Source: Rhodosorus marinus CCMP1338 (lineage: Eukaryota; Plantae; Rhodophyta). Taken from it: DNA of 64,000 nucleotides. Of this stretch, positions 1 to 14,015 are shown one piece after another (positions within the stretch are counted from its first letter, which is position 1; the number at the start of each line of letters is the position of its first letter). Location: positions 558,001 through 622,000 of the forward strand of contig JAMWBK010000004.1 in the NCBI GenBank assembly GCA_029953675.1. The letters are read 5' to 3'. Under the pieces are notes generated by a model that made no database searches, was not told the DNA's origin, and saw only the letters and a list, made by a program, of their open reading frames with translations. Made by a program: the position numbers and the translations under genes.

Positions 1-3000
1 ATAGTACCCAGGGGAAGAGGGCTGATCTTCTGCTCCAGAACCTCTCTCATCGGCAAGCCTGAGCGATTTTGCCGTTTTCCTGGCTTCTTGTCTAGGGGGG
101 GGTGCGTGAATGGTGGGGAGAGGGAGGTTGGGTGGGGTGAATCGGCTGGAAGAATGGGTTGAGAGGGAGTGCGACGGTGAGCGATATTAGGTTTAACTCC
201 AATGCACTCTTGGTGTGGTTGAGGAGAGCCGGCAGACATTTTGCGTTACGCTTCCAGATTGTACTTCACAACTGCGACACAATACCAACCACATTTCCCA
301 ACTTTTTCTCACTGACAGATAGATGATCCGATCTCCTCCTATCCGAAAACAAGGCAGGCCCCTCTACTATCCCAGCAGGGCGCTGGTTTCTCTTCTTTTT
401 TTTTGTTGGTTCTTTACACGGACAACTCCTAACAAAAAGAAGAAAAATAACCTTCGAGAAACACAGAACAAACAAACAACGTCTCCCGGGAGAGAGAATG
501 AAGCCCCTCACCCTAAACACTCCGTCGCGCAGAACTCCCCCACCTACTTCCATGTGAGTTGCAACCATCAAAAATTACTGGTGAAGTGAGGAGATTGTCC
601 ACTTCATCCTTCATCCTCTTCCCCTCCCCCCCCCCCTTCCCCTTTACTGAAAACTGTAGACAGAGTTGGTAAAATCCAGAACAGCACACAAAGCCACTTT
701 CATCCGGTTGTCACGTTGCACGCCCTTACTCCCTCCTTGGTAAAACTACCGGAACAAACCAAAGCGTTGGGACCTTAGGCTGACATTCGGGAATTTAATC
801 CTAAATTCACCCCTTTCATTTTAATGTACATCCATTTACGTCCTTTCTATACCCCCCGTTTACTTCATTTCCAAAAACCCCACCCTCGCCCTCCCATACA
901 AAATCTGTGCCTACTACACCCCCTGAATCCCACCCTTGTTCACAAGCCAACAGGGGCATAAAAACTTGCCCAGGGGGTTAACGTGGTTTTCCTCCCTCTC
1001 AAGCTAGGCTTTTTTTTTTTTTTGTTCTCACTCAAGATAATTGAAATTTCTTCATTTTTCAGGTGGTGTGAGGTGGTGGAGGACATCGATAGATTGTATT
1101 CTGAAAACATTTAATTAACCCACAGGCGAATATTGAAGCCCCTCCCACACATCGATTTTGAAAGGTTTCAAGATAGAGAACATTGGCCAAACAGGTTTTT
1201 TTGGGCCAATGAAAAATTCAAACAACAGTACAGCCCTTTTTTTTATGACCGGATGATTCTTTTGAATGCTATTTTAGATATTATTTCTACAATCCCCCCC
1301 CCCCCTCCCCTCTCTGCATCTTCTCCCTCTCCACGTTGTTTTTCCTAGCTGCTCGTTCTAGAGCATCTAGATTCCTTGATTCAGAGTGCGAAAGGCCGGA
1401 TAAATTATTTTTTTTCCTCACTTCTTGTTTTATTTGGTTTTGATGATTTTCGAGGAGTCGAGAGGTGGATGAGTTTCGTTAAAATTTTGTACACAGAGTA
1501 TTTTATTTCTGTTAAAGATATAAATCGTGAAGCGCACATTTCGTTGGCTTATGAAATATCTTTTTTATTCATTAAAGGATCGATTCATTTTTGGTTTTAG
1601 ACTATTATTTAAGGTATCGGGGAAATATTCTTTCTTAACCCTCGGGACGAGTGGGCGTAGGCCATCTAGAATATATGTTTTGTGTGAATTTGTTTCAGCG
1701 CTCCGGATTTTTAATGTGTAGGAGCTACCCCCCTCCAACCATCCCCCCCATTTTTTTCCTTTCTTTCGTGCGAGGGTATGTGAAAGCGCTTGCTGGCTAT
1801 GGCCAAGTCGCGTCATCTGTTCAGATCGTGCGGCTCCTAGTGGCCTTCTTGATGGGGTGGATGGTATGGAGAGGTACAGCGTCTGATGTTAAACGCTATT
1901 CTTTCCTTTTTTTTGCCTTTTCTTTGAAAAAGAGCAGCACTTCCTTGCGTCGCTCGGGATGAACGGCCCCCACGTTCACTGCTTCACTCCATTTGGCGCT
2001 GGATCATCCCACGTCATTAGATGAGAGCGGACCGCGCTTGAAGGGAAAACAAACTGGGGCTGAGACGCCAGGGCGCCCCCCCCTTAGCACAGTTTCTTTT
2101 TTGATGATGTGAGTGACTTTTCTATCGCAGACGATCGCACTTGCTCCAGTGTCTATACACCTCAATTCGGTAAAAAGCTCCATACCAAACTTCGGCGCCC
2201 AACCATCACTTCACCACCCCCCCCCCCCCCCCCTCTCCTTCTTTTGCCTTTGCTCAGCTGGTCTGCAAAAAAAAACAAACAGACAAAAGAGATCCCTCCA
2301 CTGGTGCAACTATGCCCGAGGATATATTGATGATCGATTAAGCTTCTACCTTCCAAAACATTGCCTTCTTGGCATTATCTTCCCATATTTACTCTCAAAC
2401 TCTGTACCCCACCCTCCCCGAGAGCGTCGGGGAGTGGGGGAGTGAGCATCCTCCGCGCTTACAACGGAAACCGAACGAACGAATGGGGGAAACAAAAGAA
2501 AAAATGAATAGAACTTGTTTTTTATAGGATAACTGAGTTCCAGAGCGAGGAAACGCCGGATTTTGTTTCCAACTGGTTAGTTTGTTTTTAAAACAAGATA
2601 GAGCTTCTCAAGACGGAAAAACCTCTTGGCAGGGTGACTTTTAGGTCGCTCTCTGTATTCATTTGTTTTTCAATCTTCCTCAGAGTTGGAAGGTGATCCC
2701 GCGTTTCCCGTTTGCTGTGGATAAAAAACGCGATGTGCAAAACCGAAGAGAAAAACCATTTGGTTTGAGACAAAAATCAATAAAACAGTCTAGTTGAAAT
2801 TACTTTCACTATTCGATTCGGGTTGAGATATTTATAGAAACAGGAGAAACTGAGCATAGTCTTATCGTAAGTGAACTAGTTTTTCTAAAACAAGGGAGGA
2901 TGAACTGATGACACCTCCCCCCCCTCCCTGAATCTTGATCAGTTTTGCTGATATGCAGTAACGGATGAAATTGTAATGGGTTTTTGGTGGAGCTGCTTGT

Positions 3001-5715
3001 CCTTCCGAGGTGTCTATGAACGTTGAAAGTAACAATTTAAGCACCTCTTGATTTTAATATAGACCTTGAAGTAACCAAATTTGATATGGGAGAGTCACTA
3101 CTGGATTCGAAAAAAAAGTTGTCCCCAGAGGCGGATCTATCGCCAGCTACCTTGATCAGCAAGCAGCCAGCATTCTCACCACCCACGCGAGCGATTGGCA
3201 AGCAGAGCTCGATGACCGCCTTGAGACTCCTCGCAACGAGAGTGTATAGTTGAATTGAACAAGCAGTTTTAAAAGGAACAGACGAAGTTTGGTGCTGTGG
3301 ACTGTAAACGATTGTTGTACCCACAGCCAGGCATTAGGGAAGTCGCAGGTGAGGCCCGGAAGTTAAGTCCCTGCGAGGGGGAGGGAAGGAGGGAGTGTGT
3401 GGGCGCATGAGTTGACCTGTCGGTGACTACGGAATTGGGTCACAGGTCTCCATTGCATACATGAGAAAACGTCTGCATCTTCAGGCCCTCCCCGAATCGC
3501 CCAGGAAGCGCATTCGCACGCACATCCATCGCCTAGAATCGAATGGTTTCGTCAGAAAACCTATTTTATCGTTTAGCACATAATTATTATAAGAAAGCTC
3601 GATACTAACTAGGCATTCGTCATGGAATCTACTTTTCGACACGTGTCACTATGTTTCCTGCGTTCAGTAGATATGTTCAACATGCTCTTATTTGTAATGA
3701 GTATTCTACATATTATTGGCTGTATTTGAAAACTTTATGGTGGAAATCGAAAATATTGTTCTTCGAAGAAAATAGATTACAGATTGAACCTGTTTTGATT
3801 AAAGTTATTCAATATTTGCTCACCCACGATAAAAAATCTAAGTTGAGTGGACGCGGACTACGTTAAGCACCGGCAAGAGGATGATTGGGAAGATATCCAA
3901 AAAAACGGCATTGGGTAACCTTAGTAAACTCCTCTAATCTCTTGATTTTTGGGGGTAAATGATGGGCAGGAAGAAGATGGCGCACGGTGATGTAAAGGGG
4001 GGGCTGCCATGTGGTCTGCCAAAAAGGGAGGAACTCGTCGCCGAAATGGAGAAACTCTTCATAGAAGAAAGCCCAGTTTTCCTGGTGATCGTTTTCGTTT
4101 TCGTTTTCGTTTTGTTTGTTTGTTTTTTGAGGGGAAGGACAGCGATGGGTAGTGTGTTTAGCCTAATTTAGCTTTGTAAACCTGTAACCTGTTGGCTTCT
4201 TAGCACTGATCAGAATGGAGCAGGGAGCAATGCACATATATTACGGAAGCCGCTGGTTTCAGCATGTTTCGTAAGTTGGTATGATTCTGGCTGAAAGAGC
4301 TTGGCAGAGAAAAAAAACCGCTCCCCGTGTCACGCTTCTTTCGTGGTTTCAAGTCGAGCACGTTAGAGGGTCAATGCGTGTCACCCACACCCACACCCAC
4401 ACACACACACACCCCTTCCTCCGCTGGGTTTAGGATTTTATTCGTTTACCGTTGACCATCCGTTAAAAACGCATGCAAGTCGGGAAGTGCGCCATGACTA
4501 GGTTTTTTTGTTCAGTACATAGGGCACCACGAGCCGGGTGACGACGATGATTCATGTCGACGAGAATTGCTCTTCTCGATTCATGGGAGAAACTAAATGA
4601 GCACCAGCCCCAGCACCGATTTTGTTCTATTCTTAAAGGGCTATTGTAAGTTCGTGGCGGCACTACTACCGACGTCTCGGCTTATGAGTTATTGCTCGCT
4701 CGGGAATCTTGCTTGATTGTTTTGGACACTAGGATTCATTTTGTTTCGGGTATCAAGGGGAAACGCATCCAGAGCCAGAGGAATTACCGGACTTTGTTAT
4801 ATCTTTTTCATTTCCCCGAGCAACTAGCACGTCCAGAGGGATGCTCAGATATTTATATACAGGCGCTCGGTCTGGTATCGAGAAGCAACGGTGGAGAGAG
4901 CTTGGTGACTCGTGACGATGGGGCCGCCCTCGTGTAGAGAGCGATTGGGAATATATATGGAGCCTTGGAGTGGGTGCATTGCTCTGTGCGAGACGTCTGC
5001 GATAGGATCTCAAACGCGTGTGAGCCTGAGGGTGGGGGAGAGTGATCAATACTTTCACTCAAAGGAAGAGTTCCAGAGAATTTGTAAGTATTGCCTTCTC
5101 CGCCGGTGTTCGGAGCTTTAGACAGATCCAGATCAGGATTGCACAGACAAGTCGTTGAGCTCAGGAAGGTCGCTCCTCTCTCCTGGTGCTAAAGAGGAAG
5201 AGCCGGATGGTGACGTGGCGCCGATGGGGAGGAATAGGGCAGCTTTATTAATTTAGATAGAACCGTAGTCTGCTTTCTCTCTATACAATCCACTGCTTTG
5301 AAACGCTGTGTATTGCGATGGAAGAGCTTTGCCAATTGATTCCCTGAGATTGGAAGGGACGTAGGAGGGGCAAGCGGACTACCCCAAAGAGGATATGTAC
5401 CGAGCACGGACGAGGTTTGGGTGTGAAGATTCGGCCTCCTCTGAGCAAATAAGAGGGCTCCCCGCCCGACCCCAAACTGCACAGCTATCGACGGCAAACC
5501 CGCGCGATGGAAGCTACTGCAAAAGGATGTCGAATCCCCTTGCGCCCCTATTTGGCGTCAAGGACAGCAACCGCTGACAAGTAGTTGAACCTGATCACCC
5601 CAACAAAGCATCCCAGACCTGAAGCCGCTAACTAGAGGGAAACCCCAGGCGGTTTACTTGCCGGGGTAATAGCTGATCAAAACGACGCTCACGCGTGGTT
5701 AGTCCGATTCATCCT

Positions 5716-6110
5716 CCGTCTGTTCACAGTTTTGACATTTCACACCTGTGGGAAGGGAGGCGTTCGAACTTCTCATCCCATTGATGGGGGCTCGTTAAGC
5801 CAGTAGCCGATCAAGGCGACGCTCACATGGGGTTCATCAGTTCATCCCCCGTCTGTTCACGGTTTAGACATTTCACAGACTTGGGAAAGGAGATGTTCGA
5901 ACGTCTCATCCCGTCAGCTTCCGTCTGTCTACGGTTAGACATTTCACACATGTGGCGAGGGAGGCGTTCGAACTTCACATCCCACTGATCGGGGCTCGTT
6001 ATGGCAATAGACGATCAAAGCCACGCTCATATGCGGTTGCGTCCGGTCTATCCCCGTCTGTGCACAGTGTAAACATTTTACAGACTTCTGAACGGAGATG
6101 TTCGACATCC
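5716..6110. repeat. Diverged higher-order direct repeat (two ~205-bp units, each with 133+72 bp subunits)
   Basis: Core CCGTCTG..CAC.GT.T..ACATTT.ACA recurs at 5716, 5849, 5921 and 6054 (spacings 133/72/133). Confidence 0.75.
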
Positions 6111-6265
6111 CATAGATCGGGCCTCTCTGAAACTCGTCTAGCGTTGCGTCCATAAATCGACTACCAGCAGGGATTTTAGCTTTTAGTACATGTACTAGTA
6201 TAAAATTACTCTTTATTTTTTTTGGAAAATCCACCCCATCTATGTTGCTAAAATCTCATAGACTT

Positions 6266-7330
6266 TCATTTGACGGTGACGAACCTGGAGTCCGAGTCCT
6301 CGAAGAGTCCGGTCTTGGTCTCCAGGACGGCTCTGATCTCGTAGAGATCAGCTCGGTTAAGGTTCTTATAGTTTATGGTGAAGGTCTTATCGAAGACCCC
6401 TGGTGGCGCGAAGGCCTTGATTCTCTTGACCAGCTTCTTGGAGGAGTGGAGTTCGAGGAAAAGGTTCCTCCCCGTTGCGACGACGAGGGAGACATAGTAA
6501 AGTCTGACCTTGAGCGGTCCGTTCCTTGGGATCTCAGTGTAGTCACTTACGATGACCATGTGATCGTGTTGTCTGACGGTAACCTTCAGACGGTCCGTGT
6601 CCCGGACATTTCCGCCTCGCGGACCAATTGTCACCTTGATCTCGTAGGAGCCCTTGGCGTTCTTGAACTTGAGGGGTCCAATATCGGCAAGTCCGTAACC
6701 CCTCGGCACCTTCTTCCTCACCTTGGCAACGATTTTTTTGTTGCTCATTGTCACAATGATAGTGCTCGGTTTGGTTGCTGCCCAGTCGCACTTGACATAG
6801 TGAGGGCCTGTCTCCGAGATTCGATCCGAATGCGGTTTGAGGACAATATCAATGCTGTCCTTTTTGGGGATTATAGGTCTCGGGTCAGCCAAGGCGATGT
6901 AGACGTCATTGGCGATCGGCTTGTTAAAGGCCCCGCCCCGGGGAAGAAGGTCTGTCTTTACCCGGTAGTATTTGCCCTTCGTCAGCGTCCCATACCCTTG
7001 AAGGGTCAGCGAAATTGATCCGCTTCCCCTGTTAACCTTCACCCTCTTGAACTTGAGGAACTTGTTAATCCCGATCTCCTGGATGTAGAAGGCAATATCC
7101 CCCGGGGCGCTCACTTGATAATTCACTTTGAGCTTGATGATCCCGGCCTTCGGCAGAAGCTGCTTCTTCTTGTTGGTGATCAAGATACTTCCAGTCGCCA
7201 TCCGAAGAGAAGAGTCCACCTGGACCCGAGATGAGAACACGTCTTCATGGTTCTCAGAGTCGACCCACCCACCCGCAGCAGCCGCTACGAGCAGCAGCAC
7301 CAGAACACTATAAAAACGAATCGTACCCAT
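6266..7330 (-). CDS. Secreted basic protein with three tandem ~100-aa beta-sandwich (Ig-like) domains, unknown family
   Basis: Intronless ORF; ATG at 7330 gives signal peptide MGTIRFYSVLVLLLVAAAAG; K/R-rich with alternating beta-strand patterns; clear paralog at 9518-10618. Confidence 0.85.
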   Translation of the reverse strand: MGTIRFYSVLVLLLVAAAAGGWVDSENHEDVFSSRVQVDSSLRMATGSILITNKKKQLLPKAGIIKLKVNYQVSAPGDIAFYIQEIGINKFLKFKRVKVNRGSGSISLTLQGYGTLTKGKYYRVKTDLLPRGGAFNKPIANDVYIALADPRPIIPKKDSIDIVLKPHSDRISETGPHYVKCDWAATKPSTIIVTMSNKKIVAKVRKKVPRGYGLADIGPLKFKNAKGSYEIKVTIGPRGGNVRDTDRLKVTVRQHDHMVIVSDYTEIPRNGPLKVRLYYVSLVVATGRNLFLELHSSKKLVKRIKAFAPPGVFDKTFTINYKNLNRADLYEIRAVLETKTGLFEDSDSRFVTVK

Positions 7331-9517
7331 CCTTTCTTCCCTTCTTGAGTTCAAGCCCTTCCCGCCCTTCCCACCCTCCTTCCCAATACCCTTTCGAATG
7401 CAAACGAATCTCTGCTTTTATCCTGCACAGCTCTCAACTCGAGCTTTCGGCAACTAGCTCAACCACAACTTATGCACGACCAAAATTTCATGATCTACGA
7501 GAAAACAGTACTAAATCATTCATCCATTTAATCTTTTTGCGCACGTACGTGCTTAATGGACGTAAATGTTTCTAGATAGGAATTATTTAGAACAGGTGGT
7601 CAGCGTTTATCTGGATGGTTTATTCCGTTTATTTTGGACAAAAAATCCGAAAAAGATCAACAAGCAGATCATATGCGTATATTATGAAAAGTTTGGAGCT
7701 TGCAGGGACAGAAAAGAGGATCTGGAGAGCTCTGAGGCTTGCCTTTGTCCTAATTTTCTTCCGCGCAGTTTGTAAGCAGTTTTTTCTCCTTTTTTTTAAT
7801 GTTTCATCTGAGGCCGATTTTGTAAGGATTTTTTCTATTGCTTATTTATTCATTTTCTGATTCTTAAGTAGATTATAATCTGCAAAATATATTTTCCAAG
7901 CCGATTTTATTCCCAAAATGGAAGAGGGTTACTACCTAGGTTAGAGAACTGCAGAATACTAATTATTATATTTAAAATATATATAATCGAGTTCGTAAAC
8001 TCACAAAATACCCCTGCGATATGTCAAGTTGTAAATATTGATTGAATGTTGAAGCAGACGTGTCTAGGTCCGAGTTGAGCATGGACGAGGGGGTATTGGA
8101 GGGGCAATTTCTTGAGGCTGATGTTTATTCTAATGGGTATGACCGGAACCCAAGAAAAGAAACATAATTGTTAATGTTTATTTAAGAAAGGGTACTACTC
8201 AAAGTGCAGAGTCAGATTAGTAGGGGTATAAAAACTAATCTTTTCGCTTGCCTTTGACCAGACCTGGTGCAGAGGGATGACTGGTATTGGAGCAGGGATC
8301 ATGTTTGGGTATATATTAGGTCAAGAGAACCTTTTTTTGATCATTGAAATTGTTTGGAAAACTTTAGAATATGTTTCTTTAGAATATTAGTTCTTGATAT
8401 AGAACTTGTAAAGCGCTTAATCAGCGCAATCTCCGTTGTCGGGGCACATTGCCCAGTAGGAGAAAGAAGTCGGGCAGTAGTGCCTAGCTCGGACCGCAGT
8501 ATGAGTGGGGGTTTCAATGCTCCTCTGTCTCCGCACTGTCTTACTCCACCCGTTCTTCTTTCTCACACATCCTCATCAATCGGTAAACCTCCAATAAGAA
8601 GTTCCTTCTTAGAATGGTGGAGCAGCAGTAGGAGCGGAGTGTGGTCTTGACGCCGCCTCTTGTCGCGTGCGAAGAGAAATAGGAGCGGCTGCCGCGAAAA
8701 CCCCTTTAGACCTCAGTGCAGAAGACGTTGACGCATACGCTGAGGGCTTTCTCGCGAAAAATGAACCGCTTAGTGCAACTCTAGGAAGAGGCAGAAGTAA
8801 AAGATGGTTCTAGTTTGAACAGCGCCTAGGACAGATCGCTTGCTCCAAATGAAAACTGCTAAGAGTCAGGTTGCGGGGATCACTCAGGAGTTCGCACAGA
8901 GGTTGGCCACCTCTGGGGCTCAAGCTCGCAGACTACAGTCTGGAGCCTGATCAGTTCTTGTTGACTACCTTGGAGTGCGCCTACCAATCCTTCACCATTG
9001 TCGACTATTCACAGCTGCACTCGTCGCAGTTGTACTCGTCGCAGATGCAGTCGGAGTCCTCACACTCCTCCGAGTTTGGACCGTCCAGCGCTTCCATTTG
9101 TTAAGAACCGCAATCTTTGCTGGGTAGCTCAAAGAGAACACGGCCGGTTTGACCTCCTCTTAGTCCTTTTGGCACTCTCTGGATGCTTGAAAATATCGAG
9201 CAGACGCCTAGTGATCAGCTTACGCCTCCCTAGAACACCGCTTCCTTTCCCCAGCCAAATCCAATCCAGACAGAACGATTTCAAGAAGACGAACGGAAGA
9301 CACGTTTTCTTCGCATTTAGGAATGAGAATATTGGTGGTTTTACTACGCTGCGACCGGTATACAAACTACGTGCTAGGGAAATAAAGCTTGCAAGCGGAG
9401 GATGGCGCCAAGCCCTCCTCCCACCCGGCGTTGTATGCGTTGTTGTACTACTCTTCGCACGAATCCCTCCTCATCGATACAAAAAAGGTTTGTCTTCACA
9501 GTTGTAGCTCTAGCTTT

Positions 9518-10618
9518 TCAGTTTTCAATCACAACGCTTCTACTGTCGGTGATCTGTGTTCGCCCGTTCTTGCTGTTGACCGACGCGCGGACGATGTAAT
9601 AAGTATTCGTGTTCAGGCCTCCGTAATTCAGGGTGAATTGAGCCGAACCTGGGCCTGGCCTTACTTCCCGTAGAGACGCCGTGATCCTTCGGTTCGGGTT
9701 TCGCAACTCAAGGAGAATATTGCGCCCTTCCTTAACGTTGGACTTGGCCACCCAGTACACGCGAACCCTGAACGGTCCCCTACTGGGGATCGCTGTGAAC
9801 TCCGTCACGATCAGAACGTTATCGTAAGTCCTCAAGTTGACGGTCTGTTTCCTCGTCTGTACAACACCTCCGCCTACGTGTCTGATTTGCGCGGTGACTT
9901 CGTAAGGACCCTGCCTGCTTGTCAAACCTTTGAACTCCAGCGCACCCACGCCTGTTAGACCGTAGCCTCTTGGCACCCTCGTTGTCGATTTATCGATAAC
10001 ATTGTTGTTCCCTTTCCGACGAAGCGTGAGGATGAGGTCGGCCTGCTTCGTTGTCCCCCAGTTAAGCTTTATGTAGTAGGGTCCATTGCCCGTGATCTTG
10101 CCTCTATTGACGTGCGGTGCGATTACGAGGGAGTTTCTGTTCGGAGGCGTTGGTCTCGAGTCGGCACGAGCGACGTATTGATCACTGTCTATTTTCTGGT
10201 TGAAAGGGGCGTTGGCTTTGAGGAGGTCCGCCTGAACGAGGTAAAATCTCCCATTCCTAAGAGGCTTGTCGAAGTTTTGCAGGAGAAGAGTGATCGACCT
10301 TGCTGGCATAGCCATCGGCACCCGAGTTCGCTTGAACTTGTTGAACCCAGCAGCGCCGACCTCCTTGATATAGTAGGCTATATCCGCACGATGGGAAACC
10401 ATGTACTGAATATTCAACCGAAGGGTCTGTCCTGGCTTCACAATCTCCCTCTTGTTCGATATCATAATCATCCCCCCCATACCTCCACCCCGACTCGCCA
10501 CATCAACCTCCACGACATCACGCCCAGGTTCCTGCTCGGAAGCAGGAAGCACACGCAGTTCATTCTCTCCACAGGCCAAAACAGCCAGTAACGCCCACAA
10601 GAACACCCAGCGATACAT
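9518..10618 (-). CDS. Paralog of 6266-7330: secreted basic triple beta-sandwich protein
   Basis: ATG at 10618 gives signal peptide MYRWVFLWALLAVLACG; shares motifs DIAxYIxExG, KFKR, VPRGYGL, IPxxGP, GRNxxLEL with the upstream paralog. Confidence 0.85.
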   Translation of the reverse strand: MYRWVFLWALLAVLACGENELRVLPASEQEPGRDVVEVDVASRGGGMGGMIMISNKREIVKPGQTLRLNIQYMVSHRADIAYYIKEVGAAGFNKFKRTRVPMAMPARSITLLLQNFDKPLRNGRFYLVQADLLKANAPFNQKIDSDQYVARADSRPTPPNRNSLVIAPHVNRGKITGNGPYYIKLNWGTTKQADLILTLRRKGNNNVIDKSTTRVPRGYGLTGVGALEFKGLTSRQGPYEVTAQIRHVGGGVVQTRKQTVNLRTYDNVLIVTEFTAIPSRGPFRVRVYWVAKSNVKEGRNILLELRNPNRRITASLREVRPGPGSAQFTLNYGGLNTNTYYIVRASVNSKNGRTQITDSRSVVIEN

Positions 10619-11678
10619 ATCGACACTGGATATCTCTAACAGACTCCGTCCGTTACCACTACCCCCCAACCTCCCAAGGACCCAGTCCTTCTGCAACACT
10701 CACCTCCACCACGCCCTCCCCCAATCCGTTCTCCCCTAACAACCTCCGGACGAACATATATATAGAGAAACCAAAACCTCTCTGACAAGCTCTAACCGAA
10801 CAAACGACAGGCCAGATGAGCTCAGAGCTCACACTACATTCTCAACTACTTGACGATAGTCTATATTTAGCAATATACTCATATATATGTCTACTCATAT
10901 ATATATCTATGTAAGAATAGATCTATCTATGAATTTAATATAAACAAGATAGTTTTAGATTTTCAGTCTTTGATTTAGGAGTAAAAAGATCATAATTCAT
11001 TGGGAAGTCTGGCTCAGGAAAGTAGTAGTACCCGGTCCGTGATTTAGACAGTTTTGATCAAAGTCAAGGGAAGAGTTTTGGATGTAATTTTGTATAACGA
11101 AAATAAAATAAACCAAAACGACGTATTTAGTATTAGATTATGAATATCTATCTTGTTCTAGCCCCCCCACTAAACTTGCTGAACTTCTTTTGGCGCTTGG
11201 TAGTTTTCCGTTGTTTTTTTTTTTCCTTTCCTCGCTCTTTTTTTGACAGATTATGATAAGGAAAAAGGGGGGGAGTGAAGAAAAAAGAAAGATTTCATGA
11301 AGTCGGAATATTTATTTTTCGGCGGCCACGGAAATTATATTTTAGAAGTTTTTCAGACGTCTTAAATAAATTCAATGAATTACATGTTTTTATTTGTTAG
11401 TTTTATCAAATATAACGAAGGACTGTGCTGAATTTTGTCTTTCATTTCATTATCTTTGGAGTTTTATTCAATTTTCTTTAGAACAGCGTGGAGTTGGGAT
11501 GTAGAAAAGGGGTAGTGGGGAGAGGGGGGTTGGGGAGGACAAGTAGTTTTAACAATGGTATCCAACCGGTAGAAAAGTAAGAGGGGGTTAATCGGGACAG
11601 GGCGAGGGGACAGGGTCAAGCCTGTGTCCACATCAGATACCTTAGTTGGGGTTCAATTGGTTGTGGGATAGAGCGCGC

Positions 11679-11680
<2 letters not shown>

Positions 11681-11755
<75 letters not shown>

Positions 11756-11782
11756 GAGAGAGAGAGAGAGTGAGAGAGAGAG
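11681..11782. repeat. (AG)n microsatellite
   Basis: About 100 bp of near-perfect AG dinucleotide. Confidence 0.98.
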
Positions 11783-14015
11783 GACAGTGATCAGTGTCCT
11801 TTTGTGATATCGTCTGTTAGCTTGTTTGAACTCAAGGCTATCCTGTCCGAATTTGATGTGCTCCGAGATCGGACTCAACGGCCGGCTGGCGAGGCTTCTA
11901 GGAGGATGCTCTATCCGAGGCTCGCCATCGCCGCTTTGCATGTTTTTTTGTTTCCTCGTACTTAGTTTCGCATTGCGCCCCGATGTAGCGCTAATCGCTA
12001 CGTCAGTGAGCGCCCCTCCCCGCCCCCGCCCACTGGCAGTCCAAGCACTCTCTGCAAAACTAGTCTACGGCCATTTCTACCCAGACGTGCCTTTAGAGGC
12101 CATGCGCACAAGGGGTTACGACCGTCCGTTCATTTGACCAAACTCTTTTTACCCCTCCCTATGAATTTGCTTAGTAAAAACACGTTTCCTTTTTTAAAAA
12201 AAACATATTTAAACAAAGTTCTCAACCAAAACTCGGCCATAACGGTTATTTTTACTTGAGAGAACAGTTATTTTCAATATAACTTCGTAAAATATCTTTT
12301 ATTCATGCATTGCTGGACGATCACAACCAATTAAAATTGGTTCTGTCATTAGACTTCCGCTCTTTTCACAGGAAACGATTGTTTTTATTACGTTATTTGC
12401 ATCAGGAATTAGATTCTTCCCTGCTAAAATGAAAATAATATAACCGAAATGAATTTGCGGCGAGTGATTGACCGACGCGAGGAATTTTTTTGGAAGTTGT
12501 TCAGGAAATTTATTTGCGGACAGCTGTCTGCTTGTTGTAGTTTTTTTTGGCGGGGGGGGGGGGGGTGGGGGAGGGTTTGGGCTTGTTTTGGGGAAGTAGG
12601 CGGCAATGGCTTTGTGATCACCCAGTGCGGAGAGGAGGGATAGTTGAGGAACCGTGTCGAAAAACAAGCTGTACCACGAGTAGTGAATGCGAATGAGTGT
12701 TTGACATTTGGATAATGGATTGTAAGTTGCGGCTTATCAAAACGTGAGAGGCTGTCACTTCAGTGAGGAGGAGCGAGCGGGGCGACGCGATCTGAGAAAC
12801 GCGGGGAGGGGGTGGGGATTCCGCCAAGTTGACCAGAAAGTTTTTGGAAAACATAAATGGAAAATGTCCTACTAAGGGGTGGAGGTATCGGTGTTGATCA
12901 CAGCCCCTTGGCCCCGTTCAGTTTTTATTGGCTTGATGATCGACCATCGCGTGCGACGTTCACAAAGCAGCCCAGGGGCTAAGCACGTGTGTTAACAGCG
13001 AGCGAGTAGGCCTTGAGCGGGGAAAAAGGAACAACTTGCACCACAGTCTAGTCAAGGCAAGATCAGTCCAAGATGATGAGTGAACAGGGAGCGAACAGAG
13101 CTAAAGACAGTAAAACGACGAAAAAAGAGCAAGATCCCTCGTTCTTCAGAATGGCGAGTACAACTCCTACGAAGCCCCCTGGAAACTTTCAGGACAACGA
13201 GAAATGATAAGCTAATATCCTCGTTCCTCGAGCCGCGGGAAGAGAAGACTGGTCGTGGTCTCCGCGTAGTGTCGGAGCCGAAATGCTCTCCGTCCTCCCA
13301 GCCGCTGAACCCCTCGAGGCGATTAATTCATGACGAGCTCTAGAAGTTGTCGTCCCTCTGTAGATTACCTAAAATACCGACATTGGGGATCAAAATCCGC
13401 TATCCTCGTAAATTACGTTTGAATATCAACTAAATTCTGACCCAGAAGCGTGGTTTTACTGACAAAGAGTATGTGTAAGTGTGTCGAGAAAGTAATAGGG
13501 CATAGAGACTGAAACGGTCCGATGTGGACAACAAAACGGCGACTAAGTACATTTTTGATTCCTTCTAACACCTCTATAGCTCACCATGTCCGCGTGTTCA
13601 TGGTTCTCCGCGGCGAAGCGAGTGCAGCATCCTGTGGCGAGTGTAGCATCCTGTGGTGGTGGGTAACGCGTTCGATACCATGAGAAGTGGCCATCGTATC
13701 TCCAAGTACTTGCAGCAGTAGCACTACGCCGCTTTTGCAAGGTGGTTGCTTTGACGCCGGACAAGTGTTTACTGTGTCAGCGTTACTCAAGGGCATGGAT
13801 CGTGGATCGTCTGAAAAGTAATTCTTTATTCAAGCGGGCTCTACTACAATTACCCAGCCCGATTTCGAAAGCATTGCGTCTATGATGAGCGGGATTTCGA
13901 TGAATCAGACGAGAGTCGATTTCTGAGAGGATTCCAAACGGAGCAATCTAATCTCCCGATCCGCATTTGAACAAGAGACACTACGGTTACCCATTCACAT
14001 CCCACCGGATGCAAT

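Noticed and set aside
1126-1260. Possible exon (RILKPLPHIDFERFQDREHWPNRFFW) after a CAG acceptor
   Set aside because: No consistent gene model or homology can be established by eye
6242-7018. 258-aa plus-strand ORF, and similar antisense ORFs over the 891-aa gene and the LINEs
   Set aside because: Antisense shadows of real genes
8600-9104. Protein-like stretch (CGLDAASC...AEGFLAKNE)
   Set aside because: No start codon, in-frame stops and no frame-consistent intron
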